Assembly: GCA_963662405.2 (NCBI GenBank)
Contig: CAXXKT010000003.1
Location: 96,001 to 160,000 of the forward strand
DNA length: 64,000 nt
Direction of reading: 5' to 3'
DNA from: Syntrophales bacterium
GTDB lineage: Bacteria; Desulfobacterota; Syntrophia; Syntrophales; UBA2210
Position numbers and translations under genes: made by a program. The notes under the pieces were generated by a model, which worked only from the letters and a program-made list of their open reading frames with translations, ran no database searches and was not told the DNA's origin. The stretch's first letter is position 1, and each line of letters starts with the position of its first letter. This document shows, piece by piece, positions 10,289 through 19,622 of this stretch.

Positions 10289-10343
10289 ACTGGTGTCCTC
10301 CTGTAAAAATGAACGGGTATCAAAGATAACCGTCCCGTTGAAT

Positions 10344-10380
10344 TGTTAGCACAACCATATAATATTAGATCGATCTAACA
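10344..10380. promoter_or_regulatory. Candidate DtxR-family operator region 1
   Basis: Contains the perfect 14-bp palindrome TTAGATCGATCTAA (10365-10378); 30/37 identical to 10721-10757. Confidence 0.65.
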
Positions 10381-10447
10381 ATATGACCAAAAAAATTACC
10401 CCCGGATATGCCGCACGCATACACCGGGTGTCCATCGTTCGGCTCTG

Positions 10448-10693
10448 TCAGAACCGTCCATTGTCCGAGACCATGATCCTTTGAGCCATGCCCGCACCAA
10501 TGGCCAGGCGCGCCTCTTTGACGCCGAGAATAAAAGGGCCCGGAGCGCCGCGTCGTATCACCTCAATCTCCGATCCCGGTCCCAGTCCCATACTGGTCAA
10601 TCGTTCCTGCATCCCCCGTCCGCCGGCGAGGGACAGGATTTTGACTCGTTTCCCCAACGCCGCCATGGGCAGCGGTATGATGTTCGCTTCCAT
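10448..10693 (-). CDS. feoA: Ferrous iron transport protein A (second copy)
   Basis: RLTSMGLGPGSEI...RLAIGAGMAQRIMV. Confidence 0.9.
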   Translation of the reverse strand: MEANIIPLPMAALGKRVKILSLAGGRGMQERLTSMGLGPGSEIEVIRRGAPGPFILGVKEARLAIGAGMAQRIMVSDNGRF

Positions 10694-10720
10694 ATGTGAT
10701 CACCACGCTCCTTTATATTA

Positions 10721-10757
10721 TGTTAGAACAAGAACATAATATTAGATCTGTCAAACA
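10721..10757. promoter_or_regulatory. Candidate DtxR-family operator region 2
   Basis: TGTTAGAACAAGAACATAATATTAGATCTGTCAAACA, ungapped homolog of 10344-10380, upstream of feoA. Confidence 0.6.
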
Positions 10758-10773
10758 TTACGTTCAAAAAAAA

Positions 10774-11301
10774 TCATTCTCCCTTATCTTCGAGTTTCTT
10801 TACTTCCGCGTCGAATTTCTCTTCAAAGACCCTCATCTGTTGCAGGCAAAGAGCCTCATCGCGGCCATGTTTCTGGTACTGATCGAACCTGCGGAGCCAG
10901 TCGGAACCGCTTCGAGGACAGGTCTCGATGAACTCGACGAATTTTACCAATTTCTCCATCGTCACGGGGCTGACCGTATGTTCCATCTTGCAGGCATCTT
11001 CTTCCGCTGTCGCTGGCTCAATGATCAGTATATCGGTCAAAAATTTCTTCAGGACGGTATGACGGTTATACACGTCCTCGGCGATCTTCCTGCCCTTTCG
11101 GGTCAACGCCACGTATTCGTACTTTTCGTGGTTGACCAGATTTTTTCCCTTCAGGTTTTCCAGCATGCTCGTGACCGTGGGCATCTTGACGTGCATCCTG
11201 GCGGCGATATCCTTCACCCTGACATGTTTCTTCTCCCTGTCGAGCTTGAGGATACTTTCGAGATAATCCTCCATGATCGCGCTGAGCTCACTGTTTTCCA
11301 T
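10774..11301 (-). CDS. DtxR/IdeR/MntR family metal-dependent transcriptional regulator
   Basis: EDYLESI, RVKDIA, RHTVLKKFL, AEEDACKMEH. Confidence 0.92.
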   Translation of the reverse strand: MENSELSAIMEDYLESILKLDREKKHVRVKDIAARMHVKMPTVTSMLENLKGKNLVNHEKYEYVALTRKGRKIAEDVYNRHTVLKKFLTDILIIEPATAEEDACKMEHTVSPVTMEKLVKFVEFIETCPRSGSDWLRRFDQYQKHGRDEALCLQQMRVFEEKFDAEVKKLEDKGE

Positions 11302-11341
11302 GATGTCACCTCGTAACCCCGAACTTCCGCCTCCACTTTGC

Positions 11342-11361
11342 AAGTTAGATCAACTGAACTT
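11342..11361. promoter_or_regulatory. Candidate autoregulatory operator AAGTTAGATCAACTGAACTT
   Basis: Shares the TTAGATC half-site with the feoA boxes; lies upstream of the regulator. Confidence 0.55.
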
Positions 11362-11697
11362 GGTGAGGTATATCTATTTATTCCGATGCTGTCAATGTTT
11401 TTTTCAGAAAAGTGTCGTAATGCGAGAAAAAGGGTATCATTATATACTGTTAGTCTTTTGGCTGATAGCGCGGCGACGTCCGACCAGTCATCTTCGTCCC
11501 CGTCCGGGACGTTCGTTCCGCTTCACACTTTTCCTTCGAAACCGTGGTCAACCGCACGGAGGGGATTATCCACCGGAAAGATCAAACTACCAGTTCGGAA
11601 ACGATCCCAATGGATGTGTCATCACGATGAAAGAGGGTTTACGCTCGGGCCAATTTGCGGTATAGAACGGCAGATTCACGGAAACGACGGGGTCTTT

Positions 11698-12999
11698 ATG
11701 GCGGTCATAGGAACTATTGAGGGCAAATTCACCCGGAGGAACGGTTGCAGATGTTGTTCCTTCTTGCTGTATGTCGTGATGGTTGGCGTGCTGGTGGGGC
11801 TGACCGGGAATTTCTCACATGCAACCTTCTTTTCTGCCGCGCGTCCCGGTTCCTCCGAAGTCGGGAATATCGCACGAGGGGCGATCCCGGAACCGATCCT
11901 CACGTTCACCCGTACCATCAAGGCCGGTGATACCCTCAGCGCTATTTTTGACAGGTATCATATCAGTACGCGTGTTCTGCTTCAGCTTCTCTCGGCGGAC
12001 GAATCGATTCTCGCCCTGGATGTCTTGCGTCCCGGTCACCGATTGACCTTTACGCTCGATCAGGAAAATCGCAGTCTGGTGAGTATGAAACTGCTCATAC
12101 ATCCCGGAAAGAGTGTCATATACAAGCGTGTTGACGATTGCACCTTTGAATACGAAGAGGTCATTACTCCCGGTACGTGGGAAGAGGAACTCCTTGACGG
12201 TACCATATCCAGTAGCTTCTATCAGTCCGCGCGGAGCGCCGGGCTGACCGATCACGAAACCGGCACCATTATCGAACTCTTCCGTGACCAGATTCAATTT
12301 ACCCGTCGTATCCGTGTCGGTGACCGTTTTCAGGTCATTCGCAGCCGTCAGTTTATCGACGGTGTCTTCACCGGTCAGAGTCGTATCGAGGGGGTTCGTA
12401 TTTTCCGTGGCTCGCGTGTCTATAGTGTTTTTCTCTTTGATGACGGAAACTACTATGACAGTGAGGGGGACAGCTTGGAACGCGCCTTACGGCGGTATCC
12501 CATGGCAGGTCATTACCGGGTCTCTTCGCGCTTCAACCCGGCGCGTCGCCACCCGATCACGAACCGTATCGTACCGCATTACGGCGTGGATTTCGCCATG
12601 CCTTCAGGGACATCGGTTCTCTCTATCGGTGATGGTGTCGTTACCCGTATTCACAAGCATCCGTTTGCCGGCATCTACCTCGAGATCCGGCACGGCAGTC
12701 ATTATGCCTCCCGCTATCTGCACCTGAGCCGGGTCTTGGTGAGGCGCGGACAGACGGTGAAGCGTGGCGACCGGATCGCATTGTCCGGAAGTACGGGTCG
12801 CTCTACTGCGCCGCACCTGCATTATGAACTCCATATCGGGGGTCGTCCGGTGAACCCATTAACCGCAAAAATCCCGACCCGGGTGGCTGTTCCCGGCACA
12901 AGGCGTGAGGCGTTCAACCGTCGGGTTGCGGAGCTGGTGGCGACCATGGAGCAATCGTCGCGGAAACTCGCCCTGCGTCATACGAAGGATCGTTCCTGA
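11698..12999 (+). CDS. M23 family peptidoglycan DD-endopeptidase (MepM-like)
   Basis: HYGVD, YLHL, GRSTAPHLHYE motifs; N-terminal TM and GDTLSAIF segment; start uncertain. Confidence 0.88.
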   Translation: MAVIGTIEGKFTRRNGCRCCSFLLYVVMVGVLVGLTGNFSHATFFSAARPGSSEVGNIARGAIPEPILTFTRTIKAGDTLSAIFDRYHISTRVLLQLLSADESILALDVLRPGHRLTFTLDQENRSLVSMKLLIHPGKSVIYKRVDDCTFEYEEVITPGTWEEELLDGTISSSFYQSARSAGLTDHETGTIIELFRDQIQFTRRIRVGDRFQVIRSRQFIDGVFTGQSRIEGVRIFRGSRVYSVFLFDDGNYYDSEGDSLERALRRYPMAGHYRVSSRFNPARRHPITNRIVPHYGVDFAMPSGTSVLSIGDGVVTRIHKHPFAGIYLEIRHGSHYASRYLHLSRVLVRRGQTVKRGDRIALSGSTGRSTAPHLHYELHIGGRPVNPLTAKIPTRVAVPGTRREAFNRRVAELVATMEQSSRKLALRHTKDRS

Positions 13000-13336
13000 A
13001 TGCGATCTTTGCCCTGAAAAAGTATGAAAATGGTCGTATATAAACCCCGGTTGTTTCTTACAAAAAAGCGTATGCCGCGTATCATCCGATAATCTCGTAT
13101 TCTGATACAGGAGGGGAGATATTTCATGTCGTTGTATCGATTGTCCTGTTGACCGGTAGTTCCGTGATACGCGGGTATATCTCAGTGAGTGGTCAGTCGC
13201 CGCCGCAGACCGATCGTGACCCGAGCGTTATCGGTTCCGGCAGGGGCGAACTCTCGGCGGCGATTCCGCAAGCTTGACCGTGGCCTCGACCGGTTTCTGA
13301 AAACCGCGGGTGGAAAAGAGAGGGGAAGCGCTCTTA

Positions 13337-14059
13337 TTAAATGACTTTGCCGAGGAAGCTCTTGGTCCGGTCGTGTTTTGGGTTGGTGAAGATCTCCTCC
13401 GGCGTATCCTCTTCGATGATTACCCCTTCATCCATGAAGATGACCCGATCGGCCACCTCGCGGGCAAACCCCATCTCGTGGGTGACGACCACCATCGTCA
13501 TGCCCTCTTTCCCCAGTTGTTTCATCACCTCGAGGACCTCACCCACCAGCTCCGGGTCCAGGGCGCTCGTCGGCTCGTCGAAGAGGAGCACCTTGGGCCG
13601 TAACGCCAGGGACCGCGCGATGGCGACGCGCTGCTTCTGGCCGCCGCTGAGGTGGTCCGGATAGGTCGACGCCTTGTCCTCCAGCCCCACCTTGGTCAGG
13701 AGTTCCATCCCCAGTTTCTTCGCTTCCTTATGCCTCATCTTCCGGACCTTGATCGGCCCGATCGTGACGTTCTCAAGGGCGGTCATGTGGGGGAAGAGGT
13801 TGAACTGCTGAAAGACCATCCCCGCCTCGGTGCGGACAAAATTCAGGTCCGTTTTCTTGTCCATGACGTCCTGCCCGTCGACGATAACCGTCCCCGATGT
13901 GACCTTCTCGAGGCGGTTGATGCAGCGAAGGAGGGTACTCTTCCCGGAACCGCTCGGTCCCATGATGACCGTCACGTCCCCCACCGCTATGTCGAGATCG
14001 ATCCCTTTCAGGACCTCGAGATCCCCGAAACTCTTGTGCAGATTCTTGATTTGTATCAT
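13337..14059 (-). CDS. glnQ: Polar amino acid ABC transporter ATP-binding protein
   Basis: [33 protein letters not shown]. Confidence 0.9.
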   Translation of the reverse strand: MIQIKNLHKSFGDLEVLKGIDLDIAVGDVTVIMGPSGSGKSTLLRCINRLEKVTSGTVIVDGQDVMDKKTDLNFVRTEAGMVFQQFNLFPHMTALENVTIGPIKVRKMRHKEAKKLGMELLTKVGLEDKASTYPDHLSGGQKQRVAIARSLALRPKVLLFDEPTSALDPELVGEVLEVMKQLGKEGMTMVVVTHEMGFAREVADRVIFMDEGVIIEEDTPEEIFTNPKHDRTKSFLGKVI

Positions 14060-14727
14060 GCCCGGATCTCCAGCCTTCGTTCCATCAGGTTGAGGACCTT
14101 GGCGATGGACATGGTCACGATGAAGTACATCACGGCCACCGTGAGCCAGATTTCGAAGGCCCTGAAATTAGACGCGATGATCTCCTGCCCCGTGCGGGTC
14201 AGTTCTCCGACCCCGACCACCACCAGGAGAGAGGTATCCTTGAGGCTGATGATGAACTGGTTTCCCAGGGGAGGAATCATGCGCCGGAAGGCCTGCGGCC
14301 AGATAATGTAGAGGAGGGTCTGCAGGTGCGACAGGCCTATGGAGCGCCCGGCCTCGGTCTGCCCCCGGTCGATGGACTGGAAGGCTCCCCGGACGATCTC
14401 GGCGATGTAGGCGCCCGAATTGATCCCGATAGCCGTGATACCCGCTATCATCGGCGCGACCCGCATGTCGAGGGCGAGCGGGAGCCCGAAGTAGATGAAC
14501 ATCACCTGGACCATGATCGGCGTTCCCCTGATGCTCTCCACATAGATCCCACCTATTTTCCGGACAAGGACGTTCCGGGAGATCTTCATCAGTCCCGTAA
14601 CGGTCCCCAGAAAAAAGCCCGCGAGCAGGCCGAAGAGGGTAATTAAAAGGGTAAGCTTCAACCCGGTGAGTAAAAAGGGGATAGACTCCCAAATGACTTG
14701 GAAATTAAAATCGAATCCGGTTCCCAT
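14056..14727 (-). CDS. glnP: Polar amino acid ABC transporter permease
   Basis: [35 protein letters not shown]. Confidence 0.88.
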   Translation of the reverse strand: MGTGFDFNFQVIWESIPFLLTGLKLTLLITLFGLLAGFFLGTVTGLMKISRNVLVRKIGGIYVESIRGTPIMVQVMFIYFGLPLALDMRVAPMIAGITAIGINSGAYIAEIVRGAFQSIDRGQTEAGRSIGLSHLQTLLYIIWPQAFRRMIPPLGNQFIISLKDTSLLVVVGVGELTRTGQEIIASNFRAFEIWLTVAVMYFIVTMSIAKVLNLMERRLEIRA

Positions 14728-14892
14728 GGCGATAATTCCTTTGTTGGAGATGGCCCTTTATAAAGGGACCTCCCGGTGAGAGGCCCCTTTATGCATATGG
14801 TGGAAGATAGCGGAGGAAAAGAAGGGTGGTCAATGAGATTACATAATCTTTTTTCTCGTTGTTGCTTGACATGTACCCTGCGTGATCGCCAT

Positions 14893-15633
14893 CTATTGGG
14901 GGGTTACCCCGAACCATTTTTTGTACAGCTTGGCGTATGATCCGTCTTCTATGAACTTGAGCAGTGCGACATTGACCTTGTCCCGCAGGTCGCTTCCCTG
15001 TGGAAACGCGATGCCGTACGATTGTCCCTGATAGAGGGGGCCCACCGTCTTGACCTTTCCTTTGCCCTGATTCTTGGCATAGTAGAGAAGGGGAGGCGAG
15101 TCGAAAAACACGGCATCCACACCGCCGGAGATGAGTTCCATGAAGAGGTTGTCCGTATTGGGGAGGAGTTTCACTTCCTTTGTGGGGACTGATTTCAGAA
15201 AGTCTACGCTGGTGGTTCCCAGCTTCGTGGCGACCACCTTGCCCTCCAGGTCTTCTATCACCTTGATATCTTTGTTGTCGGCCTTCACGAGCATGATGAG
15301 TCCCGAATCGTAATAGGGGTGGGAAAAGTCGACGACCTTTTCACGGTCGGATTTGATGGTGATTCCCGCGATGGCCGCATCGATGTTTTTCGACTGAAGG
15401 CCGGGAATAATCCCGTTGAAATCCATAGTCTGCCATTTGAAATCGATGCCGATCTCCTTGGCGATCGCCTCGAACAGCTCCACGTCGAACCCGGTCAGTT
15501 CCCCGTTGACCTTGAATTCGAACGGCATAAAGTTGGCATCGACCCCTACGATCAGGTCTTTTGCCCCCGCCATGCCTGTAACGCATACCAAAAGCATGAA
15601 AACAGTCACTGCAGTTGTAAAGATCTTCTTCAT
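14893..15633 (-). CDS. glnH: Glutamine-type ABC transporter substrate-binding protein
   Basis: Signal peptide, FMPFEF, GFDVEL, YYDSGL, LYKKWFG. Confidence 0.85.
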   Translation of the reverse strand: MKKIFTTAVTVFMLLVCVTGMAGAKDLIVGVDANFMPFEFKVNGELTGFDVELFEAIAKEIGIDFKWQTMDFNGIIPGLQSKNIDAAIAGITIKSDREKVVDFSHPYYDSGLIMLVKADNKDIKVIEDLEGKVVATKLGTTSVDFLKSVPTKEVKLLPNTDNLFMELISGGVDAVFFDSPPLLYYAKNQGKGKVKTVGPLYQGQSYGIAFPQGSDLRDKVNVALLKFIEDGSYAKLYKKWFGVTPQ

Positions 15634-15864
15634 GTTATCCTCCAATTCCGGTTGGTGGTTCATAAACCCGTTCCCCGTACCATACAGGCAACAACATGTA
15701 CCCAATCCTTAACAAGATCAGCCAAAGAAGTCAAATTTTCGACTGATAGCTCAGTAATAACGGTTATTTTAAAGGCACCAGAGGGGCCGTTGCCCCCCTT
15801 TTACCTGTTGACGGGCGTCAAAAATTGTGCAAGATTGCCACCGTAAAAGGAGGGAAACACGACT

Positions 15865-16845
15865 ATGATCGAAGAAATTCTTCCCAATCTCTACCGCGCG
15901 GAGATTCCCCTTCCCCGCAGTCCGCTGAAGTGGCTGAACAGCTATATCGTCAGGGGGGAAGACCGGTTCCTGATCATCGACACGGGTTTTAATCGTGAAG
16001 AATGTCTGAGCGCGATGAACGACGCCATCCGGGAGATCGGTGTCGATCTGGAGAGGACCGATTTTTTCATTACCCACCTCCACGTGGATCACATGGGGCT
16101 GGTGAGTACGCTTGCCTCGGACAAGGCCACGGTCTATTTCAATGAGGTGGAGGCGAGGCATTTCGCCGACCAGGGGGCGGGGGAGGGACACTGGCATGAG
16201 ATCCTGGACGTCTACATCGAAAATGGGTTCGAGGCCGCGGGCGCTCGTACCTCTCTGAACAGCCACCCGGCGCACAAGTACGGTCCCGACCGGCAGATCG
16301 CCTTCACCTGTGTGAACGACGGCGACACGATAGACATGGGCGATTTCCACTTCCGGTGCGTGGCAACCCCCGGCCATTCCCCGGGACACATGTGCCTGTA
16401 CGAGGCGGACAAGAAGATCCTGGTCGCCGGCGACCATGTTCTCTTCGATATCACGCCCAACATTGCCTACTGGGTGGAGATGGAAGACGCCCTGGGCGAC
16501 TACCTGGCCAGTCTTGAGAAGGTCGACGCCCTCGATGTGGAACTCGTCCTGACGGGGCACCGCCGTTTGGTGCACGATCTTCACGGAAGAGTGAGAGAAC
16601 TCCAGGAACACCACCGGGCCCGGCTGCAGGAAGTCCTGGCTGCCCTGAAGGACGGAGAGAAGAACATCCTCCAGATCGCCCCTCACATCAACTGGGACAT
16701 CACCGCCGAGACATGGGAGGAATTTCCGGCACCGCAGAAGTGGTTCGCCTTCGGGGAAACTATGGCTCACGTCAAGTGCCTTGAAATAAAGGGAGAAATA
16801 CAAGGCAACAAGCGCAACGGCACGATAACCTATTCTCTGGCCTGA
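15865..16845 (+). CDS. MBL-fold metallo-hydrolase
   Basis: THLHVDHMG, PGHSPGH, GDH, TGH motifs. Confidence 0.9.
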   Translation: MIEEILPNLYRAEIPLPRSPLKWLNSYIVRGEDRFLIIDTGFNREECLSAMNDAIREIGVDLERTDFFITHLHVDHMGLVSTLASDKATVYFNEVEARHFADQGAGEGHWHEILDVYIENGFEAAGARTSLNSHPAHKYGPDRQIAFTCVNDGDTIDMGDFHFRCVATPGHSPGHMCLYEADKKILVAGDHVLFDITPNIAYWVEMEDALGDYLASLEKVDALDVELVLTGHRRLVHDLHGRVRELQEHHRARLQEVLAALKDGEKNILQIAPHINWDITAETWEEFPAPQKWFAFGETMAHVKCLEIKGEIQGNKRNGTITYSLA

Positions 16846-16876
16846 CCGCTTCTGCCCGCTCGACAGGAGAAAAATC

Positions 16877-17617
16877 ATGAGAAGAACATTCACGTCCATT
16901 TTTCTTGTTGTCGTCGTATCATTTTTCTGCATGATCCCTGCCGCGGACGCGGGCAGGGAGGTCATCTATGCCTTTGATGCGGATTATCCCCCCCATACCT
17001 CTGTGAAGGACGGCGTGCCCGTCGGCTTCGACATCGAGGTCCTGCAGGCGATCGTCAGGGGAAAGGATGTAAAGGTTACATACCGCCCGATGCAGTGGGC
17101 CGATGCCCAGGAGGCGTTGAAAAAGGGAACGGTCCATATGACCTCGGGGATGGCGAAGACGCCGGAACGGGAAAAGCTGTTCTGCTTTCCCGACCTGCCG
17201 GTGAGTGACTTCAGGACCACGCTCTTTTCAACGGAAAGGGGAGGGGTCCGGTCGCTGCATGACGCGCGCGATGCATCAAAGACCGTCGCCACCCAGCGCG
17301 GATCGCTCTATCAGAGGCTCCTGGAGAAAGAAGGGATACGGCCGACCCTCTACGAAACGGAGGCCGATGCCCTGATCTCCTTGGCGGAAGGGAAGGCAGA
17401 CGCCTTCGCGGGCTCCGAAAAGACCGCCTGGTACAATATGACCCGCCATGGTCTTTCCGGCATATTCCCGGTGGGGACTCCCCTCATGGCATCCTCGGTC
17501 TATTATGTCATCCGGAAAGGGGACCCCGGGCTCCTGTCGGTGATCAACGAAGGACTGCGCGCGATCATTGCCGACGGTACCTACGACACCCTCTACCACG
17601 AGTGGTTTGGAAAGTAG
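16877..17617 (+). CDS. Family 3 solute-binding domain protein
   Basis: DYPP, GFDIEV, DGTYDTLYHEWFG. Confidence 0.85.
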   Translation: MRRTFTSIFLVVVVSFFCMIPAADAGREVIYAFDADYPPHTSVKDGVPVGFDIEVLQAIVRGKDVKVTYRPMQWADAQEALKKGTVHMTSGMAKTPEREKLFCFPDLPVSDFRTTLFSTERGGVRSLHDARDASKTVATQRGSLYQRLLEKEGIRPTLYETEADALISLAEGKADAFAGSEKTAWYNMTRHGLSGIFPVGTPLMASSVYYVIRKGDPGLLSVINEGLRAIIADGTYDTLYHEWFGK

Positions 17618-17628
17618 AAAAATCTGCC

Positions 17629-18738
17629 ATGCGCATATCACGAATATCCTGTCTGTCGATCGTTCTGGTATTTCTGGTCCTTGTCATCTCAGGTCAGACC
17701 GTGGCCGGGGAAAAAGCAACCTTCTCCATGCAAAAAGACGGACAGATTACCGTGGGCGGCTTATCCTTTGGATCCCTTGAGCAGTATTTTCAGTCGGATT
17801 ACTTTCAAGTCACCGGGAAACGGTGCGGAACGAAAGTTCCGCTCTATGAGGACCCCGCCCGGAGGAAACTGTTTGGTGTTGATGCCGACTGCACCCTGAA
17901 TTGTACCGTGATAAAGCCGGAATACTGGCCCGGCATAATCCTCACCATTCCCGTGGTGGTGCACATCATTCACAAGGTCGACGGAACCGGTAACATTGAC
18001 GATGACCGCGTGCAGCGGCAGATCGATGTCCTCAACGAGGACTTCGCGGCCGTGGCGGGGACCCTCGGCTCGGAGGGATTCAACACCCGTATCCGGTTCA
18101 CCCTCGCGGGGATCACCCGGACCGCCAATGACACCTGGTTCAACGACAACGACGAAACCGGCTACAAGACCGCCCTGGGATGGGACCAGGATCGCTACTG
18201 CAACATCTACGTCAACTCGGCCGCCGGTTATCTCGGCTATACCTATCTCCCGCAGGAAGAGGCGGGCACGGTGCTGGACGGGATCGTCGTCCTCTACGAG
18301 GCCTTCGGCGGGAGGGACGACGGTTTTGACCCCTATGATCAGGGCCGTACCGCAACCCACGAGATGGGCCACTATCTGGGGCTCCTGCACACCTTCGAGG
18401 GGTACGCCTGTCTTAACAGTTACACGGAAGGGGATCTCATCGTTGACACGCCATCGGAGAGCCACGAGCACTACAGCTGCAATGTACAGACCTACACCTG
18501 CGGGACGCCGGACCCGCTCCACAACTACATGAACTACACCGACGACATCTGCATGAATCAGTTCACCCGTGAACAGGCCAACCGCATGGTCTGCTCACTC
18601 CTCAACTACCGTTCCGACCTGGCAACGGCATCACCCGCCCTTATCCCCACACTCTCCGAATATGGGATGATCCTCCTCATGCTGCTTCTGACCATTGGAG
18701 CCGTGTGGAGATTCAGACGAGCCCAAAAACAGCGGTAA
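17629..18738 (+). CDS. M43 (pappalysin/ulilysin-like) zinc metalloprotease with IPTL-CTERM sorting signal
   Basis: HEMGHYLGLLHTF, NYMNY Met-turn, C-terminal IPTLSEYG + TM + basic tail. Confidence 0.88.
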   Translation: MRISRISCLSIVLVFLVLVISGQTVAGEKATFSMQKDGQITVGGLSFGSLEQYFQSDYFQVTGKRCGTKVPLYEDPARRKLFGVDADCTLNCTVIKPEYWPGIILTIPVVVHIIHKVDGTGNIDDDRVQRQIDVLNEDFAAVAGTLGSEGFNTRIRFTLAGITRTANDTWFNDNDETGYKTALGWDQDRYCNIYVNSAAGYLGYTYLPQEEAGTVLDGIVVLYEAFGGRDDGFDPYDQGRTATHEMGHYLGLLHTFEGYACLNSYTEGDLIVDTPSESHEHYSCNVQTYTCGTPDPLHNYMNYTDDICMNQFTREQANRMVCSLLNYRSDLATASPALIPTLSEYGMILLMLLLTIGAVWRFRRAQKQR

Positions 18739-19032
18739 CGCCCTTTTTATTCTTTCCGGATCGTGCTTGAAAATTCTCCGTAATATTTTACAATAGTTCT
18801 GCATGGCGGGTTGTGTCCGCCGGTACTGTTACTCAAGAGTAAAAAGGGGGGGAAAGAGCGGAAACTCCAGATGACCAATTGCCTGGGGAACAAGTGCAGT
18901 GATTCGACGGGATTCATGGCCACCTGTTGCTGGGATCTGCGCTACAGGATATGCAAGAAGATCTCCGGCGACCACATCGAAATCAGAGACAATGACTACG
19001 GATTCTGCAAGCAATAGAATAAGCGATGCAAT

Positions 19033-19211
19033 GGGGGCCAGGCCCCAGCGTTCGACATTTGTTGAGACCTGACTCCCTGAATAACCTTATCCTCTATTTA
19101 AACTTGTCGAATTAAATGAAGGGCCGTGCCTTTTTGATCAGGGGAGTGGCCAGGCCTCAACAATCAACGGGTGTAAGTGGCTCCGGATTGTCAACTGTTG
19201 AGACCTGACCC
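19033..19211. repeat. Two degenerate inverted pairs of a GG(G/A)GTCAGGTCTCAACA-like repeat
   Basis: TGTTGAGACCTGAC occurs near 19060 and 19196; GGCCAGGCC(T/C)CA in the opposite orientation near 19036 and 19148. Confidence 0.55.
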
Positions 19212-19221
19212 TCCTTAACGT

Positions 19222-19560
19222 TCACGCGAAGACATCGATCAGCGATTTTTTCATCTCCCCGTCGGTCTCGATGACCGTGATATTGGCGCTGTGGGCGTGT
19301 TGTGTCGTAATGAGATTGACCAGTTCCACCGGGAGATTGACATTCGACGATTCGGTCCCGTCGGGCTGTGTCGTGCCGGGGGTGTCCTCCTCGGTGATCG
19401 TCACCGAGACGCCGGGGACTTCACCGGTCTGAAAGAGGGCCCGGCTTGCCTTGAACTCATCCGTGTTGATATTCGCGATGTTGTTGGCTGTCACGTCCGC
19501 TTTTTTTTCAAGGGTCTTGAGGGCGGATACGGCAATCTGCGCGGCGGGAGCCTCTAACAT
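19222..19560 (-). CDS. Short flagellar basal-body rod-like protein (FlgC/FlgE-like termini)
   Basis: TANNIANINTDEFKAS N-terminus and SNVNLPVELVNLI...AN C-terminus. Confidence 0.8.
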   Translation of the reverse strand: MLEAPAAQIAVSALKTLEKKADVTANNIANINTDEFKASRALFQTGEVPGVSVTITEEDTPGTTQPDGTESSNVNLPVELVNLITTQHAHSANITVIETDGEMKKSLIDVFA

Positions 19561-19622
19561 CTTCCTTCTCCTATAAAAAGTCAATTCATGGAGAGCCTGT
19601 CAAACAGGCCCATGGTTAAAAT

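Noticed and set aside
15686..15706. Possible sigma54 promoter before glnH
   Set aside because: GG to GC spacing is 11 nt rather than the required 10
18871..19017. 48-aa Cys-rich ORF
   Set aside because: No recognisable family and only a weak RBS; cannot be supported without homologs
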